Of a DNA stretch of 64,000 nucleotides, positions 55,092 through 64,000 are shown one piece after another (the stretch's first letter is position 1; each line of letters begins with the position of its first letter). Both the position numbers and the translations under genes were made by a program. The notes under the pieces were generated by a model. It was not told the DNA's origin, did not search any database, and was given only the letters and a program-made list of their open reading frames with translations. Source of the DNA: Blastocatellia bacterium (GTDB lineage: Bacteria; Acidobacteriota; Blastocatellia; UBA7656); the NCBI GenBank assembly GCA_963765495.1, contig CAVXWP010000001.1:64001-128000 (forward strand), in the 5' to 3' direction.

Positions 55092-57017
55092 TTAACCCTG
55101 CCTGAGCATTTCGACCAGGAGTATGGACACGGCCGCCGGTGTGATGCCCGGTATTCGGGCCGCCTGTCCGATGGTTCGAGGGCGAACGGTTCCGAGTTTC
55201 TGCACGACTTCGTTTGAGAGCCCTGAAATCCTCGAAAAATCCGTGTGAGTCGGTATTTCGAGCGCGTCGTAACGGCCCCGCTTGCGGGCAAGCGATTCCT
55301 GATCTTTCAGATAGCCCGAATACCTAATGTCATTAAGCGCGACTGCAATCTCTTTTTCGTGAATCGCTCCCGGCGTGCGCGCCTTGATGATTTCGACCAA
55401 CCTCTCGGAATTGAAATCGGGCCGACGCGCTAGATAATCGAGACGTTTGCCTTTGACGGCTTCGGGCGAGCCTTCAAGGTCCAAAGCATCGGCAAGTTCG
55501 GCGGCCATTTCGCTGACCTTTGTGTCGGCAAGAAACTCTCTCACCGTTTTCACATCCCGCTGGCGCGCGAGAAAGGCTTCATAATCGCGCTCACCAACCG
55601 AGCCTATTTCGCAGGCAAGCCGTGTGAGTCGCTGGTCTGCGTTGTCGTATCGCAGAGACAGACGCATCTCGGCCCGCGAGGTGAACATGCGATAAGGCTC
55701 GTCGGCCCCGCTCGTGACCAGATCGTCTATCATAACCCCGATGTAGCTCTCTTTGCGGTCGAGCGCGAAGGGCTCGCGTCCGAGGGTTTTGAGCGCGGCG
55801 TTTATCCCCGCGACAATCCCCTGTCCGGCGGCTTCTTCGTAACCTGACGTGCCGTTTATCTGCCCCGCGTGAAACAGACCGCTAACCTGCTTTGTCTCAA
55901 GCGTAGAGTAAAGCTCGCGCGGGTCTACGAAATCATACTCGACTGCGTATCCGGGTCTGAGCATCTTCACGTTTTCAAGACCCGGTATGCGGTGAACCAT
56001 CTCGAGTTGCACCTCTTCGGCAAGACTCGTAGAGATGCCGTTCGGGTAGACCTCGTAGGTCGTGTAGCCTTCGGGTTCGAGAAATATCTGGTGGCGTGGC
56101 TTCTCGCTGAACTTCACAACCTTGTCTTCAATCGAAGGGCAATAGCGCGGGCCAATGCCTTGAATGTCGCCGCTGTAGAGGGGCGATTTATCCAGGTTGC
56201 GGCGGATCACATCGTGTACTTCTTCGTTTGTGTATCCGATAAAGCACTCGATTTGCGGGCGATTAATCTCGCGGGTCTTAAAGGAAAAAGGCACGGGGCG
56301 ATCATCGCCCGGCTGGCGTTCGAACTGCGAGTAATCAATCGTCCGCCCGTCGAGCCGGGGCGGCGTGCCGGTCTTGAGCCTGCCGGTCTTGAACCCGAGG
56401 CTGCGCACACAGGCGGCAAGCTTTATCGAGGCAGGCTCGCCGCTGCGGCCCGCCTGAAAGGTTCTCTTCCCAACGTGGATCAACCCGTTCAGGAATGTCC
56501 CGGTGGTCAAGACTACGGCCCGGCCTTCGATCACGCGGCCGTCTGCCAGCCCTATGCCTGTGACAACTGCGTGAGCGAATTTGATTTCGGCCACTTCGCC
56601 TTCGATGATAGTCAGATTTTCTGTAAGGCCGAGGCGGCGGCGCATTTCGCTGCGGTAAAGATTTCTGTCGGCCTGCGCTCGCGGAGACTGTACGGCGGGG
56701 CCTCGGCTGCGATTGAGCAGGCGAAACTGTATGCCGGTCGCGTCAATGACTTCGCCCATGATGCCGCCGAGCGCGTCAACTTCGCGCACGAGATGGCCTT
56801 TGGCTATGCCGCCGATTGCCGGATTGCAACTCATCTGCCCGATTGAATTTGTATCAATCGTGACGAGCGCGGTTCGCGCGCCCATCCGCGCCGCGATATA
56901 TGCGGCCTCACATCCGGCGTGCCCCGCGCCGATAACGATAACGTCGAAAGATGCGTGATTGCTCATTCTTGCTAAATCCAACTTCTCAATTTTGCCGGAG
57001 CGTTTAGCCCCGGCCAT
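55092..57017 (-). CDS. mnmG: tRNA uridine-5-carboxymethylaminomethyl modification enzyme MnmG
   Basis: [51 protein letters not shown]; start may be 56966. Confidence 0.97.
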   Translation of the reverse strand: MAGAKRSGKIEKLDLARMSNHASFDVIVIGAGHAGCEAAYIAARMGARTALVTIDTNSIGQMSCNPAIGGIAKGHLVREVDALGGIMGEVIDATGIQFRLLNRSRGPAVQSPRAQADRNLYRSEMRRRLGLTENLTIIEGEVAEIKFAHAVVTGIGLADGRVIEGRAVVLTTGTFLNGLIHVGKRTFQAGRSGEPASIKLAACVRSLGFKTGRLKTGTPPRLDGRTIDYSQFERQPGDDRPVPFSFKTREINRPQIECFIGYTNEEVHDVIRRNLDKSPLYSGDIQGIGPRYCPSIEDKVVKFSEKPRHQIFLEPEGYTTYEVYPNGISTSLAEEVQLEMVHRIPGLENVKMLRPGYAVEYDFVDPRELYSTLETKQVSGLFHAGQINGTSGYEEAAGQGIVAGINAALKTLGREPFALDRKESYIGVMIDDLVTSGADEPYRMFTSRAEMRLSLRYDNADQRLTRLACEIGSVGERDYEAFLARQRDVKTVREFLADTKVSEMAAELADALDLEGSPEAVKGKRLDYLARRPDFNSERLVEIIKARTPGAIHEKEIAVALNDIRYSGYLKDQESLARKRGRYDALEIPTHTDFSRISGLSNEVVQKLGTVRPRTIGQAARIPGITPAAVSILLVEMLRQG

Positions 57018-57038
57018 GTAATCTTAGCAGATTTTATA

Positions 57039-57193
57039 TTTTGACAGGATTAACAAGATTCTTTTTTAATCTGAGGAGGGTCAGGCAATTCCCCGCAGCT
57101 TGCTGCGGCTCCATTTCCTCCCCTCTTGCGCGATACCTCGCAGCTTGCTGCGAGGAGCTTCATTCTTCTTGAATCCTGTAAATCCTGTCAAAA
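57039..57193. repeat. Family B element containing two nested REP-like palindromes
   Basis: ttttgacaggattaacaagatt ... aatcctgtaaatcctgtcaaaa enclosing ccgcagcttgctgcgg (57093-57108) and cctcgcagcttgctgcgagg (57136-57155). Confidence 0.82.
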
Positions 57194-57212
57194 AAATAGA
57201 GCGTTCCAGATT

Positions 57213-58646
57213 TCACCTGTCGGTCTGTGACCCGGCCGCTTCCTTCTTCGGCAAGGAAAACGGCAATTTGTCGGGCGTTACGCGCACGCCGGTCGTGAAC
57301 TTGAAGGGATACTTTCCACCGCTCGGGAAGGTCATCTCTACAAAGTAGGCCGTGTAGCCTTCGGTCGGGGGCGCAACGCGGGCGTGGTACACTCCGTCTT
57401 TTTCCGCCGCGAGCGGAGAGCTTTTGTAGGCCGGGCCGATAATGTCGAGCCGGAAATCGCGCGCCTTCGGGTTGGTCGCCTGCCAGAGCTTTACTTCCAC
57501 GGGCTTGTCTTTTGTCTCGACCGTGATCGAGCCGTCCTTTTCAAACTTCCACGTAAATCGCGGGCGCGCCCTGTTTGTTACGAGCGCCTCAAAAAAGGAG
57601 AAAAGGCTCGCGGGCGCATCACTGTTTTTCAGGTCGTGTTTTGTGTTCGGCACATAACGCAGATACTTTTCCCCCTTCAGATCGTCGTAGTAAAACTGCG
57701 ACGAGTCGGGCAAAAAGTATTGATCGCCGGTCGAATTCATTATCAGCTTTGGCATCGTCAGCCGGTCGCGATAAGAATAAGGGTCTTCGATCTTCATCAG
57801 CGCAGCATACTCGGGCGTCCCCGCCCATTCGTGTATATGATTGTAATCCGCGATGGCCGGTGCCCAGAATCCGTAAGCCCGGTAGTGATGCTCCATCGCC
57901 TTCGCGTTGTTTAAGACATCGATAACAATCGGGATGATCCCGACCACTCGATCATCAACGGCGGCCGTGGTCCACGTAGTCCAGCCGCGTTTCGACCCCC
58001 CGGCCACGATAAATTTATCTACTTTCACATTTCCGCGTTCGGCGCTGCCCAAAAAGGCTGTGATCGTATCGAGCGCCCGCACCGCCGCCTTTGTCATCGG
58101 CAGGCGCAGGGGCCACGTCTCGTCACCCGTCTTCAGATATTTCTCCCACGTGTAGGCGATGATTTCGTCTTCGGTTCTCGGTTTGCCTTCATCCTTGAAG
58201 ATCAGAGGCTCGTTTGGAATCATGCGCAGATCGGCTACGACCGCGTGAGTGCCAACCGCTGCCGACACGAAAGCGGGATCGGCTCCACCTGGCACCTTGC
58301 CGTTATTCGAGCCGCCGTTGATAAAGAGCAGCGCCGTCGAAGTATCCACCTTGTCCGGTTGTATGATCGTCAACCAGTGCTTCCATAAGGGGCGGTCCAC
58401 TTCGTCGGCGGTGCGCCACTGTTGCGATGTCATCTCAAGTATGAATACCGTGTTGCCTTCGCCCTTGACCGTCTTAACCAGGTTGTAACTGTAATTGGGA
58501 TCGGGCTTGAAGACGTAGCGGTCGAGTGCCGTCTGCTTACGGCTGTCGCGCTCGCGCTGTCCGGCATAACCGGAGCCGACCATAATCAAGGCAAACGCGA
58601 GCAGAGTGATAAAACGGATAATCGGCCTGCGATTTCTGATTGTCAC
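57213..58646 (-). CDS. PqaA-type (PhoPQ-activated pathogenicity-related) alpha/beta-hydrolase-like secreted protein
   Basis: MTSQQW, W.HWL, PNEPL, EDEIIAYTW, PMTKA, GGSKRGWTTW, DQYFLPD. Confidence 0.88.
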   Translation of the reverse strand: MTIRNRRPIIRFITLLAFALIMVGSGYAGQRERDSRKQTALDRYVFKPDPNYSYNLVKTVKGEGNTVFILEMTSQQWRTADEVDRPLWKHWLTIIQPDKVDTSTALLFINGGSNNGKVPGGADPAFVSAAVGTHAVVADLRMIPNEPLIFKDEGKPRTEDEIIAYTWEKYLKTGDETWPLRLPMTKAAVRALDTITAFLGSAERGNVKVDKFIVAGGSKRGWTTWTTAAVDDRVVGIIPIVIDVLNNAKAMEHHYRAYGFWAPAIADYNHIHEWAGTPEYAALMKIEDPYSYRDRLTMPKLIMNSTGDQYFLPDSSQFYYDDLKGEKYLRYVPNTKHDLKNSDAPASLFSFFEALVTNRARPRFTWKFEKDGSITVETKDKPVEVKLWQATNPKARDFRLDIIGPAYKSSPLAAEKDGVYHARVAPPTEGYTAYFVEMTFPSGGKYPFKFTTGVRVTPDKLPFSLPKKEAAGSQTDR

Positions 58647-58749
58647 TGATGATTCCTCCCCGTCAGTTTAATTGCTTCCTTACGATGGTTTCCACTGGGT
58701 AAATCATACCGCAAGAGATCGGCGCTGATAAAAGTGAGTGTGAAGAGTT

Positions 58750-58815
58750 GAGCTAGACAGGATTAAGAAAGAATCTTGTTCAATCCAATCTAATCCTGTT
58801 AATCCTGTCTCGCTC
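58750..58815. repeat. Family B nonamer-armed hairpin
   Basis: gagctagacaggattaa ... taatcctgttaatcctgtctcgctc. Confidence 0.8.
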
Positions 58816-58820
58816 TCAGC

Positions 58821-59978
58821 TCAGTTCTTCTTTTTATTCTCTTCGGGCAAACGGCGCGGCTCGTAATAAGGTTTGCTGCCGAGCTTTTGAACCTCCTTCG
58901 TAAAGGTCGTGCCGTAGTCGCGTTCGGCATCGCTGAGCGCCCACGCCTGCCGCTTGTAATTCCAGTTGTCCGGGGCGAGTCGTTGCGCCTCCTTGAAATG
59001 CGGAATCGCATCCGGGCCAAAGCCCTTTCCATAAAGGTATTCGGCCAGCGCGAATTCCGAATCGGCCAGCGCGCGTTCTTGATTCTGTGGTTTGAAGTGC
59101 GCCTTCAGTTCCTGCTCGCTCAAAACATATCGGCTGTTGTCGCCGTTTTGCGCCCAGTCGCGTATGGCATCAAGGTAAGGCTCGGCTTCGATGTTGTGAT
59201 AAGCCTTGAAACGGTTGTCAACATAAGCCACTTCGGGCGGTCGTACTATTCGACCCTGTTCGTTTATCCAGACCGCCGTCGGGACGTTCACCAAATCATA
59301 AAGTTGAGTGACCGCGTGTTTGTCATCAATCAGCACCGTATAATCGAGTTTCTCGCGGGTGATCCACGGGCCGGCATCTTTTACGCCCCCGGTGTCTTGA
59401 GCTATGGAAACGATTTCGAAATTCTTGTCCTTCAACTCCTGATAAAGCTTTTGCCATCCTGGCAAATCGAACCGGCAGCCTCACCACGAAGCCCAGGTCA
59501 AAAGCAATACCTTTTTGCCTCGGAACTCCGCGAGCGAATGCGTCTTCCCGTTCATATCGGGGAGTGTGAAATCGGGCGCTTCAAGGCTTGAGAGCCGGTC
59601 ATTTATCTCTTCCGAGCGCGAGCCGAAATACCATACGCCGTGCTTTTCATCGGAGGCAAAAGGCTGCTTGATGAGCCGGGCAAATTCGGTCAGGTTGAAC
59701 CACGAGACCCCGCCCTTTTTGGAAATGAAGTCAGCCTTTCGCGCTTTCGGCAACGGAAAGCAAAGCTCATCCCGACAGACTCCCTGTGGCTTTACTTCGA
59801 ATCGGGTGGCGCGCTTGAGGTCTTTCATCGTCACCCACAAATCCTTTGACTCAGCCGCCGCCGCGCCGATTTCTACGGCCACGCCGTCATAGATAACCGT
59901 GCGACGGCTATGGTCGGAAGCTGTGGCTGCGATACCCGCGCAGCACATCACAACAGCGCATAGAAATGCTTTGAGCAT
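58821..59978 (-). CDS. Probable selenoprotein: TlpA/AhpC-TSA redoxin with Sec at the active site plus a C-terminal TPR-like region (385 aa)
   Basis: Track ORFs 59481..60068 and 58821..59465 share one frame, joined as APDFTLPD...KKVLLLTWASW-TGA-GCRFDLPGWQKL...LVNVPTAVWINEQG; hairpin follows the TGA. Confidence 0.85.
59450..59466 (-). promoter_or_regulatory. Candidate bacterial SECIS element
   Basis: TTTGCCA-GGA-TGGCAAA perfect stem with G-containing loop, starting 14 nt after the in-frame TGA. Confidence 0.72.
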
Positions 59979-60099
59979 AAAAGTCTCCTTCGTTACAGAT
60001 CGGTTACTCAACGCCCGCCCGACGTTTGTAGTGTTTGTGATGATATACAAAGGCCGGAGGCCGGGCAAGAAAACGATGGTTTTAATGTGAAGATGACAA

Positions 60100-61389
60100 T
60101 TAAAACGGGGGAGCGAGGATCACGCCCTGCCCTGTGCTAAATACCCCTGCGACGCACCCTGTCATCAAGGTGGCAAGCGTGGCGGCAAGCAGCGCGCGAA
60201 AGCCGAGGCTTGCAAGATCGTCGCGCCGCTCAGGCACAAGGGCGGCCGTCGCGCCTACGAATATCGCTACCGAAGCCACGTGCGCAAAGCCGCACAGCGC
60301 ATAGCTCAGAATCACGACCGTTCGCGGGTCGGTTAACTGTCCACCCGCGACCATCTGTCCCATATCCTGATACGAAACTACCTCGGTCAGAATCACCCTC
60401 TCGCCAAGCAATCGAGAAGCTTCCGAAAGATCGGCCCGGGCGATGCCGAGCAAGGCCGCGAGGGGATAAAAAATCCAGCTCAGAATCTTAACCAGCGAAA
60501 TCGGCTCTACAAGCCCGAACCATCGGCTCGGCCACGCGAGCAATTTGTCTGCGAGCGAGACCAGCCCGAGCATCGCAATCAGCAGCGCCGAAATCCCCGC
60601 GGCCAGTTTCACGCCCTCCATCGCGCCCGAGATTATCGCGCCCATCAGATTGCGCGAGCGCGACGCTTCGTCCTCGGGCGGGAGGGCGCTCAGAGTCTCG
60701 GGCGTCTCGGTTTCGGGCAACAGGAGCTTTGTCGTGACTACGACCGCAGGTATGGAAAGCACCGACGCAGAGAGCAGATGCCCGGCGATCTGTGGAAAGG
60801 ATGATTGCAGAAAAGCTACGTAAATGCCGAGCGTAGTCGAAGCCACGGTCGCCATCCCGGAGCCGAGTATCGTCAGCAACTCCGATTGAGTCATCTGTCC
60901 GAGGTAGGGCCGGATGACGAGCGCCGATTCGACGCCCACAAAAATGTTTGCCGCGCTGCACAACGATTCCGCGCCGCTGATGCTCATCGTGCGATGAAAC
61001 ACCTTTGCGCAGAATCGGACTATGACCTGTAGTATGCGCAGATGGTAAAGCGCCGCCGTGAAGGCCGAAAAGAAGATGGCGATTGGCAGGGCTTGAAAAA
61101 GGAGAATAAAGCCTACAGACCCCGGCTCTCCGGGTGCGGCGGCAAGCGGCCCGAGCAGAAAAGTCGATCCGCTTTTTGAGGCATCGAGCAAGGCCAGGAC
61201 CCCGTCGTTGAGCCAGATAAAGACCTGCTGCGCTCCCGGCAGGCGAAAGATCAAAAGACCAAAGACGAGTTGCAGTCCCATCCCCCAGCCAATCGTCTTC
61301 CAATTCACGCGGCGGCGATTGGAGGAAAGAAGCCAGGCTATCAGGGCGAATGCAAAAAAACCGCCGAGCGAAATCAGGTTGTGTAGCAT
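60100..61389 (-). CDS. nupC: Concentrated nucleoside transporter (NupC/CNT family)
   Basis: S.NRR.VNW, ALP...[26 protein letters not shown]. Confidence 0.9.
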   Translation of the reverse strand: MLHNLISLGGFFAFALIAWLLSSNRRRVNWKTIGWGMGLQLVFGLLIFRLPGAQQVFIWLNDGVLALLDASKSGSTFLLGPLAAAPGEPGSVGFILLFQALPIAIFFSAFTAALYHLRILQVIVRFCAKVFHRTMSISGAESLCSAANIFVGVESALVIRPYLGQMTQSELLTILGSGMATVASTTLGIYVAFLQSSFPQIAGHLLSASVLSIPAVVVTTKLLLPETETPETLSALPPEDEASRSRNLMGAIISGAMEGVKLAAGISALLIAMLGLVSLADKLLAWPSRWFGLVEPISLVKILSWIFYPLAALLGIARADLSEASRLLGERVILTEVVSYQDMGQMVAGGQLTDPRTVVILSYALCGFAHVASVAIFVGATAALVPERRDDLASLGFRALLAATLATLMTGCVAGVFSTGQGVILAPPF

Positions 61390-61441
61390 CGCGGACCACA
61401 CTCTACTGTTTTATCACTCGGCAAACAAGAGCTTGTTTAAG

Positions 61442-61585
61442 CAGCAATTCTCGGTTTAGAGGAAATCGCACCGGGATATACCACGAAACACACTAAATAC
61501 ACGAATAATTCTTCTATTTCGTGTGCTTCGTGTATTTCGTGGTTCACTTCTTGTTAAGACAGAATTTCTAAACCGAGAATTGCTG
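61442..61585. mobile_element. MITE-like element, 144 bp, with perfect 19-bp terminal inverted repeats
   Basis: CAGCAATTCTCGGTTTAGA (61442-61460) and TCTAAACCGAGAATTGCTG (61567-61585); interior holds a family D nonamer-armed hairpin accacgaaacacac...gtgtatttcgtggt (61480-61543). Confidence 0.75.
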
Positions 61586-61586
61586 G

Positions 61587-61700
61587 AATCAGGTTTGGTC
61601 GAGCGACATAACGTACGTGCGATTAGTTGGCGGCTTTCTTTATCTGATGGCGATCATCGACTGGTACAGCCGTTATGTGTTGGAGTGGGGACTGTCGGTG
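61587..61700 (+). pseudogene. IS3-family transposase (rve integrase core) fragment
   Basis: Translates NQVWSSDITYVRLVGGFLYLMAIIDWYSRYVLEWGLS, the W..DITY ... D..SR signature of IS3 OrfB; no start and no remainder. Confidence 0.85.
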
Positions 61701-61740
61701 ATGATATGCCCTCCCCCTATTCAGCCGATTAAGCTCGCTT

Positions 61741-64000
61741 TCATCTCAGTCGCATCGTTGGATCCCCTATCAGTATCCACGTTCGCCGGATGTCTAGGTC
61801 TGTCGTCGCCTCCTTCGCTGCCCGCGTCGCTTCTCCCAGTCTTACCGGTCCTCCTCGACCAAAAAAGGATTCGTATAGCTGCCGGTTTATCAACGCCTGC
61901 TCTCCCGGCATCGTCGTCCCAGACGATGCCCACACCGCTACCGCTCCTCCTCGCTCTGACTTCATCAACGCTTCCCCAAGACTCTCCAACGCCGGATCGT
62001 CAAAGTACCCGTTCAAACACGTCATCATCACAAACAGACTCAAGTGCTCCCCGTTTTTCATCTGCGCCGCGTCTTCATTCTCAAGCAGATTTCCTCTCCA
62101 CTCCGTCACCGATCCATGCCCGGCGTAGTTGACTACCTTCTGCCCGCGATTGATCGCTTCCACCATCTCCGCTTTCGCCTTTTCTGTCCCTATCTGACCA
62201 CGGTTGACCTGATTCACCTTGAGACGGGATGGGATGATCCCGGCTAGCTCTCTGCTCGCCTGCTCAAAGTTAAATCCATCGTTGCTGTCTGATACCAGCA
62301 GTAGTTCGCTTGAGCTTTGGCTCTGCTCATACCCGATAATTTTCTGAATCATTATCGTAGCTTCCTCGCCGTTGCGGAACGGCAAGCGGCCTACCGCTAG
62401 CTCCGCTATCCCGTCATCGTTAAAGTCGGCCAGCCAGTCGTCACTTGCCGTTTCCAGATACTGCGTGTCTATCAGCCGCGTCGGCACAAGGTCATAGCTT
62501 CCAAGCCCAAGATAATCTCTCGCGTCATAGCTGGCATCCCCGGCAAGCAGCACAAAGCGCGCCGGTCTCTTCCAACTGCTTGCCGCATAACTCAGAAAAT
62601 CTTTCACCGCCTGAACGGTTTTGTTGCCAAAGCTGAATTCGTCATAGATGTCTTCGATGTCTACGACTGCTACGCTAAGCCCTTCCTTCTGCCGCAGCGC
62701 CTTCAACGGTTCAATCGCGCCGAAGAATCCTCTCTCAGTGAGAATCAACAGGTCCGCTCCGTTACCCGGCTGTCGCAGAGTTGACGGGATGTTTGCCGCG
62801 ACCGTCTCGGGATGTCTGGTCTGCCCATCGGCAAACATCAATAGCAGCCGGTCGCCGGTTCCACCTGGTGTGGCCGTCGCCCTATAGCCGCTCTCGTCCT
62901 CCGTTACGCTTGCTGTAATCTCCTGCACGGATTCACTATCGGTTATATCAAATACTCTTACGCCCTTACTGCTGAATCCGCTGACGCTGACCTGCTTGCC
63001 CGCCTCTGCTCTCAAGCTCAACTCATCGTTGTCGGCATTGAAGCTGTGCGAATAGGTGATGCGGATCGTGTCTACCAGACTCACATCGGCCTGACCGCCT
63101 TCGGCTATCAGTCGCACCGTGTTCTCACCCTCTCGCAGCAGCCCGGGCACCACCGACACAAGCTTCCTGCTCAACTCCTGCCCGAAGAAGTCTAGTTGCG
63201 TCACCTCCGCGCCGTTTAGTTGCACGCGGACCTTGTGGGCCGTCTGCGTCACTCCCTGTAATGAGACCTCCAGCATCGCCGGGGCTGTCGCTGAGGCGTT
63301 CAGATGTTTTAGCTGTAGCGATTGATCTACCGGCTCGCTTGCAATCACCGCCCCGAAGAAGTTCTCCGCATCCCCGTTTCTCAACCCCGCGAAATAGATA
63401 GTCCGGTCTTTCCGCTCCACGGTGTAGGCGAATCCACCCTCAGCCACCTGCTTCCCTTTGCCTTCGGTCACCACTATGCGTTTGCCCGCCCCTGCCCCGG
63501 CCACCAGCCAGTAGACTCGCCTATCGGTTGAAGGGGTATCGAGGCCCATGCCGTAGAACTCGACCGCATCACCCGCCTCCAACCGTCCATCCTGCTCTCC
63601 CGTGACTTTTATTGCCTGCTCTACTCCGTCTGCGAACAACTGCAAGTGTCGTGGATCACTCTTCGGGTCGAGTCCCGCTTGCACAAGCTCCGGTTGGGTG
63701 ATGCGATAGTATCCTTCCTCTCTGACCGTGATCTTCACCGCCGCCTGCCCGGCCATACTCGTTTGCGATTCAAGCGTCGCGGCGGATGGTTGCGCCAGTG
63801 TCGCCGTGCGAGTCAGCGGAACGGAGCCGAGCCCGCCTGCAAGCAGTCCCGCGCGCATGCCGATTTGCGCAAGCAGAACGGACCTTCGCTCCACTTCCGA
63901 AGGACTGGCATCTGGCGCACTGGTTATCGCATACGGTCCATTCATCGTCGATTTGCCGTTGAGGTCTATGTCTTCCAGCCAGTAGCGAATCGACTTCCCG
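61741..64000 (-). CDS. C-terminal part of a large protein with a peptidase C25 (gingipain-like) domain; starts beyond the window
   Basis: Frame open to the window end (GKSIRYWLEDIDLNG...); IYDEFSFG, LLAGDASYD, VGRLP, NYAGHGS, MTCLNGYF, IGDP. Confidence 0.9.
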   Translation of the reverse strand, partial: GKSIRYWLEDIDLNGKSTMNGPYAITSAPDASPSEVERRSVLLAQIGMRAGLLAGGLGSVPLTRTATLAQPSAATLESQTSMAGQAAVKITVREEGYYRITQPELVQAGLDPKSDPRHLQLFADGVEQAIKVTGEQDGRLEAGDAVEFYGMGLDTPSTDRRVYWLVAGAGAGKRIVVTEGKGKQVAEGGFAYTVERKDRTIYFAGLRNGDAENFFGAVIASEPVDQSLQLKHLNASATAPAMLEVSLQGVTQTAHKVRVQLNGAEVTQLDFFGQELSRKLVSVVPGLLREGENTVRLIAEGGQADVSLVDTIRITYSHSFNADNDELSLRAEAGKQVSVSGFSSKGVRVFDITDSESVQEITASVTEDESGYRATATPGGTGDRLLLMFADGQTRHPETVAANIPSTLRQPGNGADLLILTERGFFGAIEPLKALRQKEGLSVAVVDIEDIYDEFSFGNKTVQAVKDFLSYAASSWKRPARFVLLAGDASYDARDYLGLGSYDLVPTRLIDTQYLETASDDWLADFNDDGIAELAVGRLPFRNGEEATIMIQKIIGYEQSQSSSELLLVSDSNDGFNFEQASRELAGIIPSRLKVNQVNRGQIGTEKAKAEMVEAINRGQKVVNYAGHGSVTEWRGNLLENEDAAQMKNGEHLSLFVMMTCLNGYFDDPALESLGEALMKSERGGAVAVWASSGTTMPGEQALINRQLYESFFGRGGPVRLGEATRAAKEATTDLDIRRTWILIGDPTMRLR

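Noticed and set aside
58821-60068. Two separate genes or a nonsense pseudogene
   Set aside because: The stop falls precisely on the catalytic Cys position, both halves are intact and in frame, and a SECIS-like hairpin follows; recoding is the simpler reading.
61617-62132. 171-aa ORF as an intact gene
   Set aside because: Only the first ~27 codons are IS3-like; the rest is low-complexity antisense of the C25 gene.

Overview
GC-rich bacterial chromosomal window. Gene content (ECF sigma/Ser-Thr kinase pair, Gly-rich TonB paralogues, bshA/bshB1, atpF'FHAG order, C25 peptidase surface protein) suggests Acidobacteriota, probably Blastocatellia; this assignment is inference. It is mostly housekeeping and signalling genes: tesA...ybbAP, groESL with CIRCE, pta, glpX, a partial atp operon, psuG, glgC, clpSA, pheA-aroF, bshB1-bshA, mnmG and nupC. 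Signals the ORF track misses: (1) a probable secreted selenoprotein, a TlpA-like redoxin with W-A-S-W-U-G-C and a SECIS-like hairpin, split into two ORFs at an in-frame UGA; (2) a 40-codon Phe/Tyr/Trp-rich leader peptide with terminator/antiterminator ahead of pheA-aroF; (3) at least seven families of intergenic heptamer/nonamer tandem-repeat elements, mostly hairpins, some supplying stop codons or pairing a stop codon directly with the next start codon; (4) a 144-bp MITE with perfect 19-bp TIRs next to an IS3 remnant. No rRNA, tRNA or CRISPR array was seen.
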